Part shown: piece by piece, positions 42,079 to 51,062 of the stretch
How positions within the stretch are numbered: position 1 is the first letter of the stretch
Layout: each line of letters begins with the position of its first letter
Source of the DNA: an uncultured virus (IMG/VR IMGVR_UViG_3300016471_000493)
Taxonomy: Duplodnaviria; Heunggongvirae; Uroviricota; Caudoviricetes
Strand: one strand, 5' to 3'
Virus record (IMG/VR): IMGVR_UViG_3300016471_000493
Length of the DNA stretch: 64,000 nt
Made by a program: the position numbers and the translations under genes
The notes under the pieces: model-generated
The model's database searches: none
Told to the model about the DNA's origin: nothing
The model's input: only the letters and a program-made list of their open reading frames with translations

Positions 42079-42270
42079 TTAGATTTTCTTAATTAAATAT
42101 TTGTGACCTGAATCGGAATTTAATTGTAATAAATCTCTAAATTTTTCAGCCTCATCTAAATTTCCGAATTCCAAAACTTCATCTTGACTATCTAAGAGAA
42201 TGACAGGTAAAACTTTTTTGTTTGTATCAGTATTTCTTATTTCTACCATTTTAATAATACAATACGACAT
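42079..42270 (-). CDS. hypothetical protein
   Basis: 63-aa ORF ending 1 nt upstream of the DUF6915-like gene. Confidence 0.55.
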   Translation of the reverse strand: MSYCIIKMVEIRNTDTNKKVLPVILLDSQDEVLEFGNLDEAEKFRDLLQLNSDSGHKYLIKKI

Positions 42271-42319
42271 AATTTGATTTTTGACTAAAAATTAATACTT
42301 TTTGATAAAAAGTCAAACT

Positions 42320-42811
42320 ATGAATCAAGTTTTAGTGTTGAATTCAGATTTCACACCATTAAATGTAACTTCTCTTCAAAAAAGTGTAAAACTAATTTTA
42401 AAAGGAAAAGCCGAGGTATTAAAAGAAAATATAGAAAAAATATTAACAACATCTGGTGAATTTGTACGACCTATCATAATCAGATTGTTAAATTATGTTA
42501 AATTTAGAACAAAACCAATCAAAATTAGTCGTCACAGAATTTATGCTAGAGATAATCACCAGTGTGTCTATTGTGGTTCTAAAAAAAATTTAACCATTGA
42601 CCATATTATACCAAGATCGAAGGGTGGTCTTAATACTTGGACTAATATGGTTACATCATGTTTTAACTGTAATGTTAAAAAAGGAGATAAAACTTTGGAG
42701 GAATCAAAAATGAAATTATGTTCACAACCCTATGAACCACAATTTTTTACTGAAATAGCGGGTAGAAGTTTGGAAAATGTATGGGAAACGTTTAAAAAAG
42801 ATTTTTTTTAA
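42320..42811 (+). CDS. HNH endonuclease
   Basis: VLVLN...PL; RDNHQCVYCG...TIDHIIPRSKGG...N..TSC..CNVKK. Confidence 0.92.
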   Translation: MNQVLVLNSDFTPLNVTSLQKSVKLILKGKAEVLKENIEKILTTSGEFVRPIIIRLLNYVKFRTKPIKISRHRIYARDNHQCVYCGSKKNLTIDHIIPRSKGGLNTWTNMVTSCFNCNVKKGDKTLEESKMKLCSQPYEPQFFTEIAGRSLENVWETFKKDFF

Positions 42812-43485
42812 GCCGTGCCAACTTTACCTACCATGCTCTTACCTAAATTTACAATATTTTCTTTCCACTTAGATACTGCACCACAAATTATATCTGACAA
42901 TGCATCTTCCAAATTTTGGATTACTGAACCTTGTTGATCTGCTATTATTTTTATAAAAGAATTTCTTAAAGCATTTAGAAAAAATCCTCCAGCACCCGTG
43001 TCTAGACCGCGTTTAGCTTGTTGTTGTGTAAGAACAGCTTCAATAAATCCATCAGCAATCTGATTAGTTAAAAATCTACAATTTGTAAAAAGTTTAGGAT
43101 AATCCGTTATTTTTGTAGTTGTAATGACGCTTTTAAGAACATTGTAAAAATAATCTTGTTTATTAATACCTAATAATTTTGCAATTTTATCAACTAAATA
43201 CTCGCCTATAACTTCTGGAAGTGATCTTACAGATCCACCAAATAAACTACCCAAAAATCCAAATATATCAAATTGTTCATTTAATTGTCTTAAATCATAT
43301 CCTTGTTCTTCTAAGATAATCATTTCGGATAATAGAAACATAGATTTTTCACGGTCACTTTTATAATTCTGTTCAAGTACAAATTTTAAACGTGACTGAA
43401 CAATAGAGTGTTCAATAATCAAATTTTTTTTAGTTTCTTTGATTTCGTTAATATTTTTTCTTAAACTTTTTGTTATATTGTTCAT
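42808..43485 (-). CDS. putative internal head protein
   Basis: IIE, VLEQ, LNEQ candidate cleavage sites. Confidence 0.5.
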   Translation of the reverse strand: MNNITKSLRKNINEIKETKKNLIIEHSIVQSRLKFVLEQNYKSDREKSMFLLSEMIILEEQGYDLRQLNEQFDIFGFLGSLFGGSVRSLPEVIGEYLVDKIAKLLGINKQDYFYNVLKSVITTTKITDYPKLFTNCRFLTNQIADGFIEAVLTQQQAKRGLDTGAGGFFLNALRNSFIKIIADQQGSVIQNLEDALSDIICGAVSKWKENIVNLGKSMVGKVGTA

Positions 43486-43503
43486 ATATTTTTTTTTAAT
43501 TTT

Positions 43504-44604
43504 TTATCGTATTCCTTTGTCGCCGCCTGAGGAAGTAAGACCGTATCTTTGTTTTATTCTAACCGCTCCTTGACCTATACCAAAATTGTATTGTTGTAAA
43601 CATTGTGATAAATCATTTCTTTGTTGCGGAGTTGCTGTTGCTCTTCCTGCGTTTTGGTCTTGTTTATCAATAAAATTGAATAATTGTTTACAAAACTCTT
43701 TAACCAAAGGTAAATTATTTGGTGCTAATTCTTCTACTTTTGTCAAAGTTATATTTGGATTTTGAACTAGACTTTCGACTTGTTTTACTAACAATGGTGA
43801 CATTTGTGTAACGGGGTCATTATTTCTTTGTTGGGTTTGTGATTGATCGGTTGTCTGAGTTGTTGCAGATGTTTGTAATTGTGTAGGACAAGTTTTTACC
43901 AAAACATCTATTGTTTTTTTGTATGCTGGGAATTGTTTAGTAAGTAATGTCAAATTAAATCTTTTATTATTCTTAAGATTTAATGCAAACCAATTATTGT
44001 TCTTAAATGTATAAGCATAATTTTTATCACCAGGAACTTTACATGTGAATTCCGTTACTTTGGGACCTTGGTTGGGATCTAGAGGTTTTGCTTGATTTTT
44101 TTTGTTTTCTGGCTTGGATTGATTTTTTTTGTTTTCTGGCTTAGATTGAGTGCCGTCCAAATTTATTCTAATAGAATTGATTTTGAGATTTCCTTTAGTA
44201 AATTCACTATTTTTATATGTCATATCAATTCCAAGTTGTTTCAATTTTGTTTGGATGTACTGTGCTGTATACAAATTATCTTCTTCTAATTCACCATTCA
44301 ACATATCTTGGATGTTTTTATAAGAATTGGGAGGTACTGAAAAGTATTTTGGATTACTTACAACTGCATTATTTAAATTAATAAAATCTTGTTTACTTTT
44401 TAACTTATCGAAAACCGTACGTAAATTTTGTTCGTTTGTACCAGGCCCCCTAACTGCTCTCCTCAATAATTCCTCAATAGACATTACGTTCTGTTCTATT
44501 AAAATATTATCAACATTCTCAGTTAAGGTTTTTTTATTGTCATAAGACATTAACAATAAACTTCTGTTCAAAGCCTCAACCCCCATCTTTTTAGTGTAAT
44601 TCAT
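43504..44604 (-). CDS. putative head protein with an annexin-like repeat
   Basis: LTEN..ILIEQ leader; LRRAVRGPGTNEQNL resembles annexin LxxAxxGxGTDE. Confidence 0.55.
   Translation of the reverse strand: MNYTKKMGVEALNRSLLLMSYDNKKTLTENVDNILIEQNVMSIEELLRRAVRGPGTNEQNLRTVFDKLKSKQDFINLNNAVVSNPKYFSVPPNSYKNIQDMLNGELEEDNLYTAQYIQTKLKQLGIDMTYKNSEFTKGNLKINSIRINLDGTQSKPENKKNQSKPENKKNQAKPLDPNQGPKVTEFTCKVPGDKNYAYTFKNNNWFALNLKNNKRFNLTLLTKQFPAYKKTIDVLVKTCPTQLQTSATTQTTDQSQTQQRNNDPVTQMSPLLVKQVESLVQNPNITLTKVEELAPNNLPLVKEFCKQLFNFIDKQDQNAGRATATPQQRNDLSQCLQQYNFGIGQGAVRIKQRYGLTSSGGDKGIR
44092..44148. repeat. 27-nt tandem duplication (QSKPENKKN x2)
   Basis: TTGATTTTTTTTGTTTTCTGGCTT(G/A)GA repeated. Confidence 0.9.
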
Positions 44605-44629
44605 ATTTTTTTTTTCAATAAATATACGA

Positions 44630-44863
44630 TTATAACAAAGTATTTGCTTTACCCCTCACTATAGGATATGAATCTTTCCATTTTGTATTTCCTATTTGAT
44701 TGGCCGCCCCTCTTTTGATCCCTGTTTCCCATTTGGTGACCGTGGGATATGCGGCAGGAGGACTAACTGAAGATGTTCCCATTTCTTGTTCTCCGACCTC
44801 AACCTTGTCACTAATCAAAGATTGTAACATTCTAATATAATAATCTATATCTATACCACTCAT
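44630..44863 (-). CDS. hypothetical protein
   Basis: Internal repeat KW..GI.RG.AN; ATATTTAT box upstream. Confidence 0.6.
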   Translation of the reverse strand: MSGIDIDYYIRMLQSLISDKVEVGEQEMGTSSVSPPAAYPTVTKWETGIKRGAANQIGNTKWKDSYPIVRGKANTLL

Positions 44864-44880
44864 GTATAATAAATATCAAA

Positions 44881-45183
44881 TTAATATATTTCTGCATCAG
44901 GAATATTTTCATTGATTGAAAAATATTCATTCATAAATGAGGTCAATTCAGTTTCGTCAATATCAGTTTCCCAATCATTTAATTCATATTCTTCTTCCAA
45001 ACTATCTTCATCAAAATCATTTACAATATTAGGGATTTTAAAGATTTCATATCCATATTCGATTATTTCATCAATATCAAATATACAAGTTCGAATTACT
45101 TCATCGGAGTCTTCATTCGTTCTAAATTTAACTTCCAAATTATTCGATGATAAATTTGTTTCAAAAATTTCTCTTATTTCCAT
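44881..45183 (-). CDS. acidic hypothetical protein
   Basis: 100-aa ORF. Confidence 0.6.
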   Translation of the reverse strand: MEIREIFETNLSSNNLEVKFRTNEDSDEVIRTCIFDIDEIIEYGYEIFKIPNIVNDFDEDSLEEEYELNDWETDIDETELTSFMNEYFSINENIPDAEIY

Positions 45184-45282
45184 AGTTTTTTTTCATTACA
45201 AATATTTTGATTTTTCGAAAAAAACTAATTTTTTTACAAAAAAATAAAAAAATATCAAAATGTTACAGGAAATACGATTACA

Positions 45283-45323
45283 TTCAACAAACTAAAGATT
45301 TGTGGGATTTCTTGTGGGTATTA
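45283..45323 (-). mobile_element. IS605-type end fragment
   Basis: 24 nt identical (inverted) to the 20934 hairpin; shares TTTCTTGTGGGTATTA with the 62817 element. Confidence 0.55.
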
Positions 45324-45324
45324 T

Positions 45325-45912
45325 TTAAAACTTGGATGTTCTCTGAAACATTTCCAAGATTCTGTTCCTCTGATTCTGGAATGATTCATCCAAATCTTCG
45401 TTTTCAGTAAATTCATCCTCAACAAACATCCAATTATTATCCTCTTCATCTTCCTGAGGACTTAATGTTGCACCAGCTTCTCTAGGAGTTAATTCATCAT
45501 TATCCATTGGTTCGTAATCTTGGTCTATTCCTATCAAATCTATGGTTTCAAAATCCGTATCCACTTCATCATTTATTTCATTGTCTCTGAACGCATACGC
45601 TTCCTCAAACTCAGTCTCTTCGTAAGTTTCTTGCATTCCACATTCCATACATTCCGATTCTTCAACCTCATCCAAAAATAAATCAGAATACATTTCCTCC
45701 GATTCATTGATTCCCACATTTGTATATTTTTTCACCTCACCACTATTATTAACCACAAACCCTTCTTTGTCGTTGGCAAAATCTTGTGTATACAAGGGTT
45801 GAGGTTTATTATCGGTTTGATGTGTAATTCTATAACCATCATAAATTTTTTTATGTTGGTCTAAAATGTTATTTTTCTCTTGTTGAGTAATTCCTACGAA
45901 AAATGCGTTCAT
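45325..45912 (-). CDS. acidic putative core protein
   Basis: EKNNILDQH N-terminus; CMECG; C-terminal RILEMF.R. Confidence 0.55.
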   Translation of the reverse strand: MNAFFVGITQQEKNNILDQHKKIYDGYRITHQTDNKPQPLYTQDFANDKEGFVVNNSGEVKKYTNVGINESEEMYSDLFLDEVEESECMECGMQETYEETEFEEAYAFRDNEINDEVDTDFETIDLIGIDQDYEPMDNDELTPREAGATLSPQEDEEDNNWMFVEDEFTENEDLDESFQNQRNRILEMFQRTSKF

Positions 45913-45932
45913 AATTTTTTTTATAATAAATA

Positions 45933-45964
45933 TTTGATTCTTAAAAAAAATATTTTATATTTTA
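45933..45964 (+). promoter_or_regulatory. promoter for candidate sRNA
   Basis: TTTG-N19-TATATTTTA, same spacing as the tmRNA promoter. Confidence 0.6.
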
Positions 45965-45966
45965 AA

Positions 45967-46048
45967 TGTCACACGGGTCAAATTAATTTCATAGTCTTGG
46001 TCGGCGATTGTTATTCAAATTTGGGGGTTACCGTGTGACTTTTTTTTT
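45967..46048 (+). ncRNA. candidate trans-acting antisense sRNA
   Basis: 9-bp closing stem GTCACACGG/CCGTGTGAC plus T9; loop 45987-46004 matches 57554-57571 at 17/18 nt. Confidence 0.65.
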
Positions 46049-46069
46049 AATATCATTGTATTTAGAATA

Positions 46070-46666
46070 ATGGCAAATACTATGGTTTTACAAGAAAATG
46101 TAATAGAAGATATAAATTCTATTTTTTCTAAATTTGAGAAAACAACTAAAGCCATTTACAATACCGCTAAAACATTAGGTGTTGAAAATACAAAGTTTTT
46201 ATTAACATATTCGGCAATGATCGGTGCATTGGCTAGGCCATTGAATGCGACTTTGAATATGGAGTTTCCATCTCTCACGGGTCCTGAAAGAACATTACTT
46301 ATAATTGGGATTTGTTCTATTTTGTATAATCAAAATGCTTCTGAGATAAGACAAATTACTAGATTGATCAGAGAAAGAAATTTGATAAAAGAGTTTAATT
46401 TTGCAAAACGTAAAATTGATAAATTAATTGATTTGTTAAGACTTTTTGTGACTAATTCAGTCAAGTCAGTCAAAATGGCAAATGAAATAATTTTTTTTAC
46501 CTTCCTATTACCAATATTAGATTATCTTCTGAAAATCGGTGATAATAACTTGACTAGTGAAGATTTCACAGAATTAGCAAAAAGAGTGGTAGCACTCAGT
46601 GTAGTTGCAATTAATCAATATACGATTAAGAAACTATTGCAAAAAGTAACCAAAGAAAAAAAATAA
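46070..46666 (+). CDS. hypothetical hydrophobic protein
   Basis: 198-aa ORF with hydrophobic helices. Confidence 0.6.
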   Translation: MANTMVLQENVIEDINSIFSKFEKTTKAIYNTAKTLGVENTKFLLTYSAMIGALARPLNATLNMEFPSLTGPERTLLIIGICSILYNQNASEIRQITRLIRERNLIKEFNFAKRKIDKLIDLLRLFVTNSVKSVKMANEIIFFTFLLPILDYLLKIGDNNLTSEDFTELAKRVVALSVVAINQYTIKKLLQKVTKEKK

Positions 46667-46738
46667 GTTACTATCCAAAAAAACGTTTTTTTCAAGTTCG
46701 TAATTTGACTTCGATATATTTCTTTTTATTTTTTTTGT

Positions 46739-46900
46739 ATGGAACTTATATCGACACATCCTGTTAAAAAATCTGATTTGGGATTTCATGGGAATCTTTT
46801 TGGTGGAAAAGCATTGGCTTGGATTGACGATTCCGCGGTTTCTTATGCGATGCAATTATGTAAAATTAATAACCTTATACAAAAACAAACAAATGGCTAA
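46739..46900 (+). pseudogene. truncated acyl-CoA thioesterase (HotDog) N-terminal fragment
   Basis: MELISTHPVKKSDLGFHGNLFGGKALAWIDD... stops after 53 aa. Confidence 0.7.
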
Positions 46901-47828
46901 ATTATCACAAATCAAAAAAGATTTTCCAGAACTAGATTTTTCTTTTATCGATTATCTTACTTACCTAGACAAATCTGAAACCAACAAGTTTTTACCTATG
47001 TTGTTAAAGTTAATCCAGGCTCAAGTAGAGAAAAAAAAATCAAAGATAGATTCTGAGTTTGTCAAACGTATCGAAAGAGAAACAAATAGAAAAATCACAA
47101 ACAATATAACCATACAATCATTTCATTTTTTTAATGAAGTATTTAACGATCTTTTCGAAGACGTGTCGGGTAATGTAATTAAAGAGTTTATAGATTTATA
47201 TCAAAAAAATTACATTACAGGTGTTGATGTAAACAACATTAAAAGTATTGTAGAATTGAGTGAGATCTATAAGAAAGCTCACGCCAAATATCTTCAAAAT
47301 TATTCCAAAAAAGAGGTTATTAAAGTTTTTGATAATGATGAATGGTTACTTGTTAGACCTTTAACTTACGAAGCTTCAAAGGTGTACGGAGCTGAAACTA
47401 AATGGTGTACAACATCAAGAGAATCTTCAAGACATTTCTACAGATATACTCATAATGGTCTACTCGTGTATTGTATTAATAAAAATACAGGACTTAAAGT
47501 GGCGGTACATTGGGAAAAAGGTGCCACCTCCCCTACTTTTTGGAATGTTTTAGATTTTCAAATTGACTCAATAATGTCTGACTTACCAAATGAAATTCTT
47601 AAAATTATAAGGGAGATGGATAGATCATCAAATTATGAATTGTGTTCAAAAGAAGTATTAGAAATAATTTCAAATGATCCAAATTTGATGGAAATTATAA
47701 ACAATTATGAAACACGAGAAGAAATCTACATAAACGAACTAGCAGAAATTAGAGTTAATTACGTTCAAGAGGAAGTATTACATATCAACACGAGTGAAGA
47801 AACCGATATACCAATGTTAAATGGTTGA
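46893..47828 (+). CDS. hypothetical protein with YGxxTKWCT motif
   Basis: WLLVRPLTYEASKVYGAETKWCTT; start reassigned to MAKLSQ. Confidence 0.65.
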   Translation: MAKLSQIKKDFPELDFSFIDYLTYLDKSETNKFLPMLLKLIQAQVEKKKSKIDSEFVKRIERETNRKITNNITIQSFHFFNEVFNDLFEDVSGNVIKEFIDLYQKNYITGVDVNNIKSIVELSEIYKKAHAKYLQNYSKKEVIKVFDNDEWLLVRPLTYEASKVYGAETKWCTTSRESSRHFYRYTHNGLLVYCINKNTGLKVAVHWEKGATSPTFWNVLDFQIDSIMSDLPNEILKIIREMDRSSNYELCSKEVLEIISNDPNLMEIINNYETREEIYINELAEIRVNYVQEEVLHINTSEETDIPMLNG

Positions 47829-47834
47829 CAAGAT

Positions 47835-48104
47835 TCAACTTTCTTTGATTGAAACGATTAAATCTCCGTCACCCTTAATTACTCTGTGATAGACATAAGG
47901 TGGTATTTCAATAATTGAATTTTTTTCAATTTTCTTGGGTAATTCATTATCCATCTGAAATAACCAGTTTGTTTCATGTTCACAAACAACAATACGATGT
48001 TTCAGATCGTAATGCCACTTGAGTTCGTGACTTTTAACTTTGTTAGAAAATTTACGAATAATTATATTATCTTCTTTTGTTTGTTTGAAGGGACGTTTAG
48101 ACAT
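47835..48104 (-). CDS. small cupin-like protein
   Basis: LKWHYD...W.FQ.DNELP...IP...YHRVIKG. Confidence 0.6.
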   Translation of the reverse strand: MSKRPFKQTKEDNIIIRKFSNKVKSHELKWHYDLKHRIVVCEHETNWLFQMDNELPKKIEKNSIIEIPPYVYHRVIKGDGDLIVSIKES

Positions 48105-48709
48105 TACCAAGGACTTGATGATTTTATACCTAATTTTTTTCTATATCTAGAGATATTACAAGACCAATAGCCAGCAGTAGTTTTGTCTTTTTTGGTGTGA
48201 CATTTATGTCTAGCTCTAAAAGATTTAGCGGCTTTAGGATTATTACTTCTGACTCTTAAGTTCGGGTCACCAAAAGATACTTTTATCACATTTCCAGTTT
48301 TATTCTTTACATAAACTGAAAATTTTTTTGGGCCACCTGGGGTTCTGAATGGAGAATTTAAATTAACTTTTCGACCTCTATATTCAGCTTCAGACAAAAA
48401 GTTTCCATCTCGGAATGGTATATCCAACCAAACTTCATCTCCATTGTAGTAAGCGGTTTTTCCGATGTCGGTATTCACTAACCATTCATCTTCTTTATTT
48501 AACTCTATCATATCCATACTATAGAATTCTCTTACTTCATTTATTAAATTAAAATAATTGTCAGAGTATGGTCTAAAAACGTTTTCTGACAAAGTTAGAC
48601 GATTATCTATGTGATGTTTTAAATTTTCTGAAATATCACAACTTTCCTTAAGTAACATAGGTCGTTGTATTAGATCTTCACGTAAAATTTTTTTAATTAC
48701 TTCTTTCAT
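48104..48709 (-). CDS. putative head protein with basic C-terminal domain
   Basis: IKKILRE leader; LSE-AEYRGRKV...KVSFGDP...SFRARHKC...AGYWSC. Confidence 0.6.
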   Translation of the reverse strand: MKEVIKKILREDLIQRPMLLKESCDISENLKHHIDNRLTLSENVFRPYSDNYFNLINEVREFYSMDMIELNKEDEWLVNTDIGKTAYYNGDEVWLDIPFRDGNFLSEAEYRGRKVNLNSPFRTPGGPKKFSVYVKNKTGNVIKVSFGDPNLRVRSNNPKAAKSFRARHKCHTKKDKTTAGYWSCNISRYRKKLGIKSSSPW

Positions 48710-48719
48710 AATTTTTTTT

Positions 48720-48739
48720 TATAAATATTAATATTTATA
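48720..48739. promoter_or_regulatory. palindromic bidirectional ATATTTATA boxes
   Basis: TATAAATATTAATATTTATA between divergent genes. Confidence 0.55.
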
Positions 48740-48754
48740 AATAAAATTAAAATT

Positions 48755-49591
48755 ATGATACTAAAATTAAATTCAAAAGGTGAAGATGTAAAAAAACTTC
48801 AAACTAAATTAGGTTTAACTCCTGACGGAGTTTTTGGAGCCGGTACAGAAAAAAAAGTAAAAGAATGGCAATCAACAAACGGACTGACCCCTGATGGTAT
48901 TGTCGGTGATGGTACTTGGAATAAAATGTTTCTAACAACATCAACCAAACCTGAAATTGTTAAAGAAGACGTTATAATTAACAAAACCTCCAATTTCAAA
49001 TTAGAAAAATTAAAAGGTCATATACCAGACTCTGTAATTGCACAAATTCCAGATACGGCTCTAAAATTTAATATAACAACACCTTTACGTCTTGCACATT
49101 TTTTAGCACAATGTGGCCATGAATCAGGTGGATTTAAACACATTCAAGAAAATTTGAACTATTCAGCCGACGGTCTAAAAAAGATTTTTCCAAAATATTT
49201 TCCAGGTAACTTAGCGGAATCCTACGCTAGAAATCCCGAAAAAATAGCATCAAAAGTATATGGCGGAAGAATGGGTAATGGAGACGAAACAACAAAAGAA
49301 GGTTATAAATTCAGAGGTAGAGGATATATTCAATTAACAGGAAAACAAAACTATACAAATTTTGCAAAATTTATTGGTGAAGATACCGTTGCTAATCCTG
49401 ATTTAGTTGCTAACAAATACCCTTTAGCATCTGCGGCATTTTTCTTTGATTCTAACAAATTATGGGCTATTTGTGATAAAGGAGCTGACGACGCTACCGT
49501 TACTGCGGTAACAAAAAGAGTAAATGGGGGTGTTATTGGATTAAGTGATAGAATTAAACATTTCAAAGAATATTATTCATTGTTAAATTAA
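48755..49591 (+). CDS. endolysin: peptidoglycan-binding domain plus GH19 domain
   Basis: DGVFG.GT...WQ..NGL.PDGIVG; AHFLAQCGHESGGF..ENLNYS; FRGRGYIQLTG; TKRVNGG. Confidence 0.93.
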   Translation: MILKLNSKGEDVKKLQTKLGLTPDGVFGAGTEKKVKEWQSTNGLTPDGIVGDGTWNKMFLTTSTKPEIVKEDVIINKTSNFKLEKLKGHIPDSVIAQIPDTALKFNITTPLRLAHFLAQCGHESGGFKHIQENLNYSADGLKKIFPKYFPGNLAESYARNPEKIASKVYGGRMGNGDETTKEGYKFRGRGYIQLTGKQNYTNFAKFIGEDTVANPDLVANKYPLASAAFFFDSNKLWAICDKGADDATVTAVTKRVNGGVIGLSDRIKHFKEYYSLLN

Positions 49592-49611
49592 TCCAATGAT
49601 TCATCGGTATT

Positions 49612-50151
49612 ATGGTTAGTCGGATTGAAATTTTAGAACGTTTTCCAACAAAAGAGAGTTTATTGAGATTTATAAAGGCTTATTACAAAATGTTTTCTAG
49701 AAAATTAGAAATAACATTAAACAACTTTGATGAAGACCTTATAGAAAGTTATACAGGATCTTATTGGACATTTTGGGTTTCATTAGCAAATTCTATTGGA
49801 ATGAATAAAAATGATACAAGACAATTTTTTTTAATTATGAATTGTATTGCTGAAAATATTGAAAATCTTGATAATGGTACTATTACATTGGATAATTTCG
49901 AAGTACCCGAAATACAAACGTTTGAATTAGAGGTGGCTGCTATTGTATGGGAAAGTCAATTCGGTACATATGACATAGATTATGAGGGATATATGACTAA
50001 GGAACAGTTAGAAATTAATTATGATGAGTTAATCCTAGATTGGTCAAACCCGTTTGATTGGGATTATGAATACACAGATACTGAACAGAATGATTCTGAC
50101 ACTGATATACGAAGACTTAGAAAAATTAAATCTTTTCCAATATATGAATGA
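49612..50151 (+). CDS. acidic hypothetical protein, paralog A
   Basis: Shares F..KE....F/YLK..Y, G.Y.IDYEG..T..QL..N..EL..DWSN with the next gene. Confidence 0.65.
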   Translation: MVSRIEILERFPTKESLLRFIKAYYKMFSRKLEITLNNFDEDLIESYTGSYWTFWVSLANSIGMNKNDTRQFFLIMNCIAENIENLDNGTITLDNFEVPEIQTFELEVAAIVWESQFGTYDIDYEGYMTKEQLEINYDELILDWSNPFDWDYEYTDTEQNDSDTDIRRLRKIKSFPIYE

Positions 50152-50644
50152 GTTTTTTGAAAACAAAGAAGATTGTTTTAATTATTTAAAATTTCTTTAC
50201 GAAGAATTTTATAAAAATTATTCGGATGTTAAAATCAGTGAATCTGAAGTTAATCTTACTGGGAAGATCTACACAAAATTCTGGACTAGTTTTATAAACA
50301 ACCCTAATGTTCCCAAATTTAGAGACTCAGAATCTTTCTTTTTCTTTTCTATGAATCTAGTTATAAAAAATTTTAGTAGTTTGAAAAAAGATTTATTAAG
50401 AGTTGACAATATGGATATACCAGAAAAAAAAAGTTTTAGAATGGTTTTTTCATTTAGAGAAAGTCAAAAAAGAAGAGGTGACTATGAAGTAGATATTGAG
50501 GGAGTATTCACAGAAAAACAATTAAAAGAAAATCTCAATGAATTAGCGGAGGATTGGAGTAATTGGTATGAATACACCCCTGATTTCGAAACTATAGATA
50601 ATGAATTTGACCATGTAGAGCTTGATAACATTTACGAAACTTGA
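50144..50644 (+). CDS. hypothetical protein, paralog B
   Basis: Similar to paralog A; start at ATG 50144. Confidence 0.65.
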   Translation: MNEFFENKEDCFNYLKFLYEEFYKNYSDVKISESEVNLTGKIYTKFWTSFINNPNVPKFRDSESFFFFSMNLVIKNFSSLKKDLLRVDNMDIPEKKSFRMVFSFRESQKRRGDYEVDIEGVFTEKQLKENLNELAEDWSNWYEYTPDFETIDNEFDHVELDNIYET

Positions 50645-51049
50645 TCAATCTTTCTCAAAAGATTTCGATAGTGCCTGTCTTAATGCCGAGCTAAATTCAG
50701 TTCGTTCAAACGGTAATTTATCATCTTGAAGTTGTAATATAGTAGAAGAAACTGAGGTTTTGTTAGTTCCCTCCCCAAACAACTCTTTACCGTCCATCGT
50801 GATTTTGGTTTTAACAATTGTTTTTTTCTGTTTAAATTCAAATGGACCGACCCTGATACCTTTTGTAGGAGCTTCTATAGACAAAATTTCGACAGTAACA
50901 GGTCTCCCATTTTCACATAAACCATAATTTTCATTTACAAGTTCTGTTACAATTTGTTTTGCACCATAAGTTAATTTTGTATCAGACACTCCCTCCATAT
51001 GTGCAAGTGTGATAACACTTGAAATAAAATAACATAAAATTGTATCCAT
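50645..51049 (-). CDS. small CsgG-fold-like protein
   Basis: YGAKQIVTELV...GEG......FSSALRQAL parallels the CsgG-like gene upstream. Confidence 0.4.
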   Translation of the reverse strand: MDTILCYFISSVITLAHMEGVSDTKLTYGAKQIVTELVNENYGLCENGRPVTVEILSIEAPTKGIRVGPFEFKQKKTIVKTKITMDGKELFGEGTNKTSVSSTILQLQDDKLPFERTEFSSALRQALSKSFEKD

Positions 51050-51062
51050 TGTAATTATTTTT

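Noticed and set aside
42320..42811. HNH gene as an intron-encoded homing endonuclease or part of a restriction-modification system
   Set aside because: Free-standing between intact genes, and 19 kb from the methyltransferase
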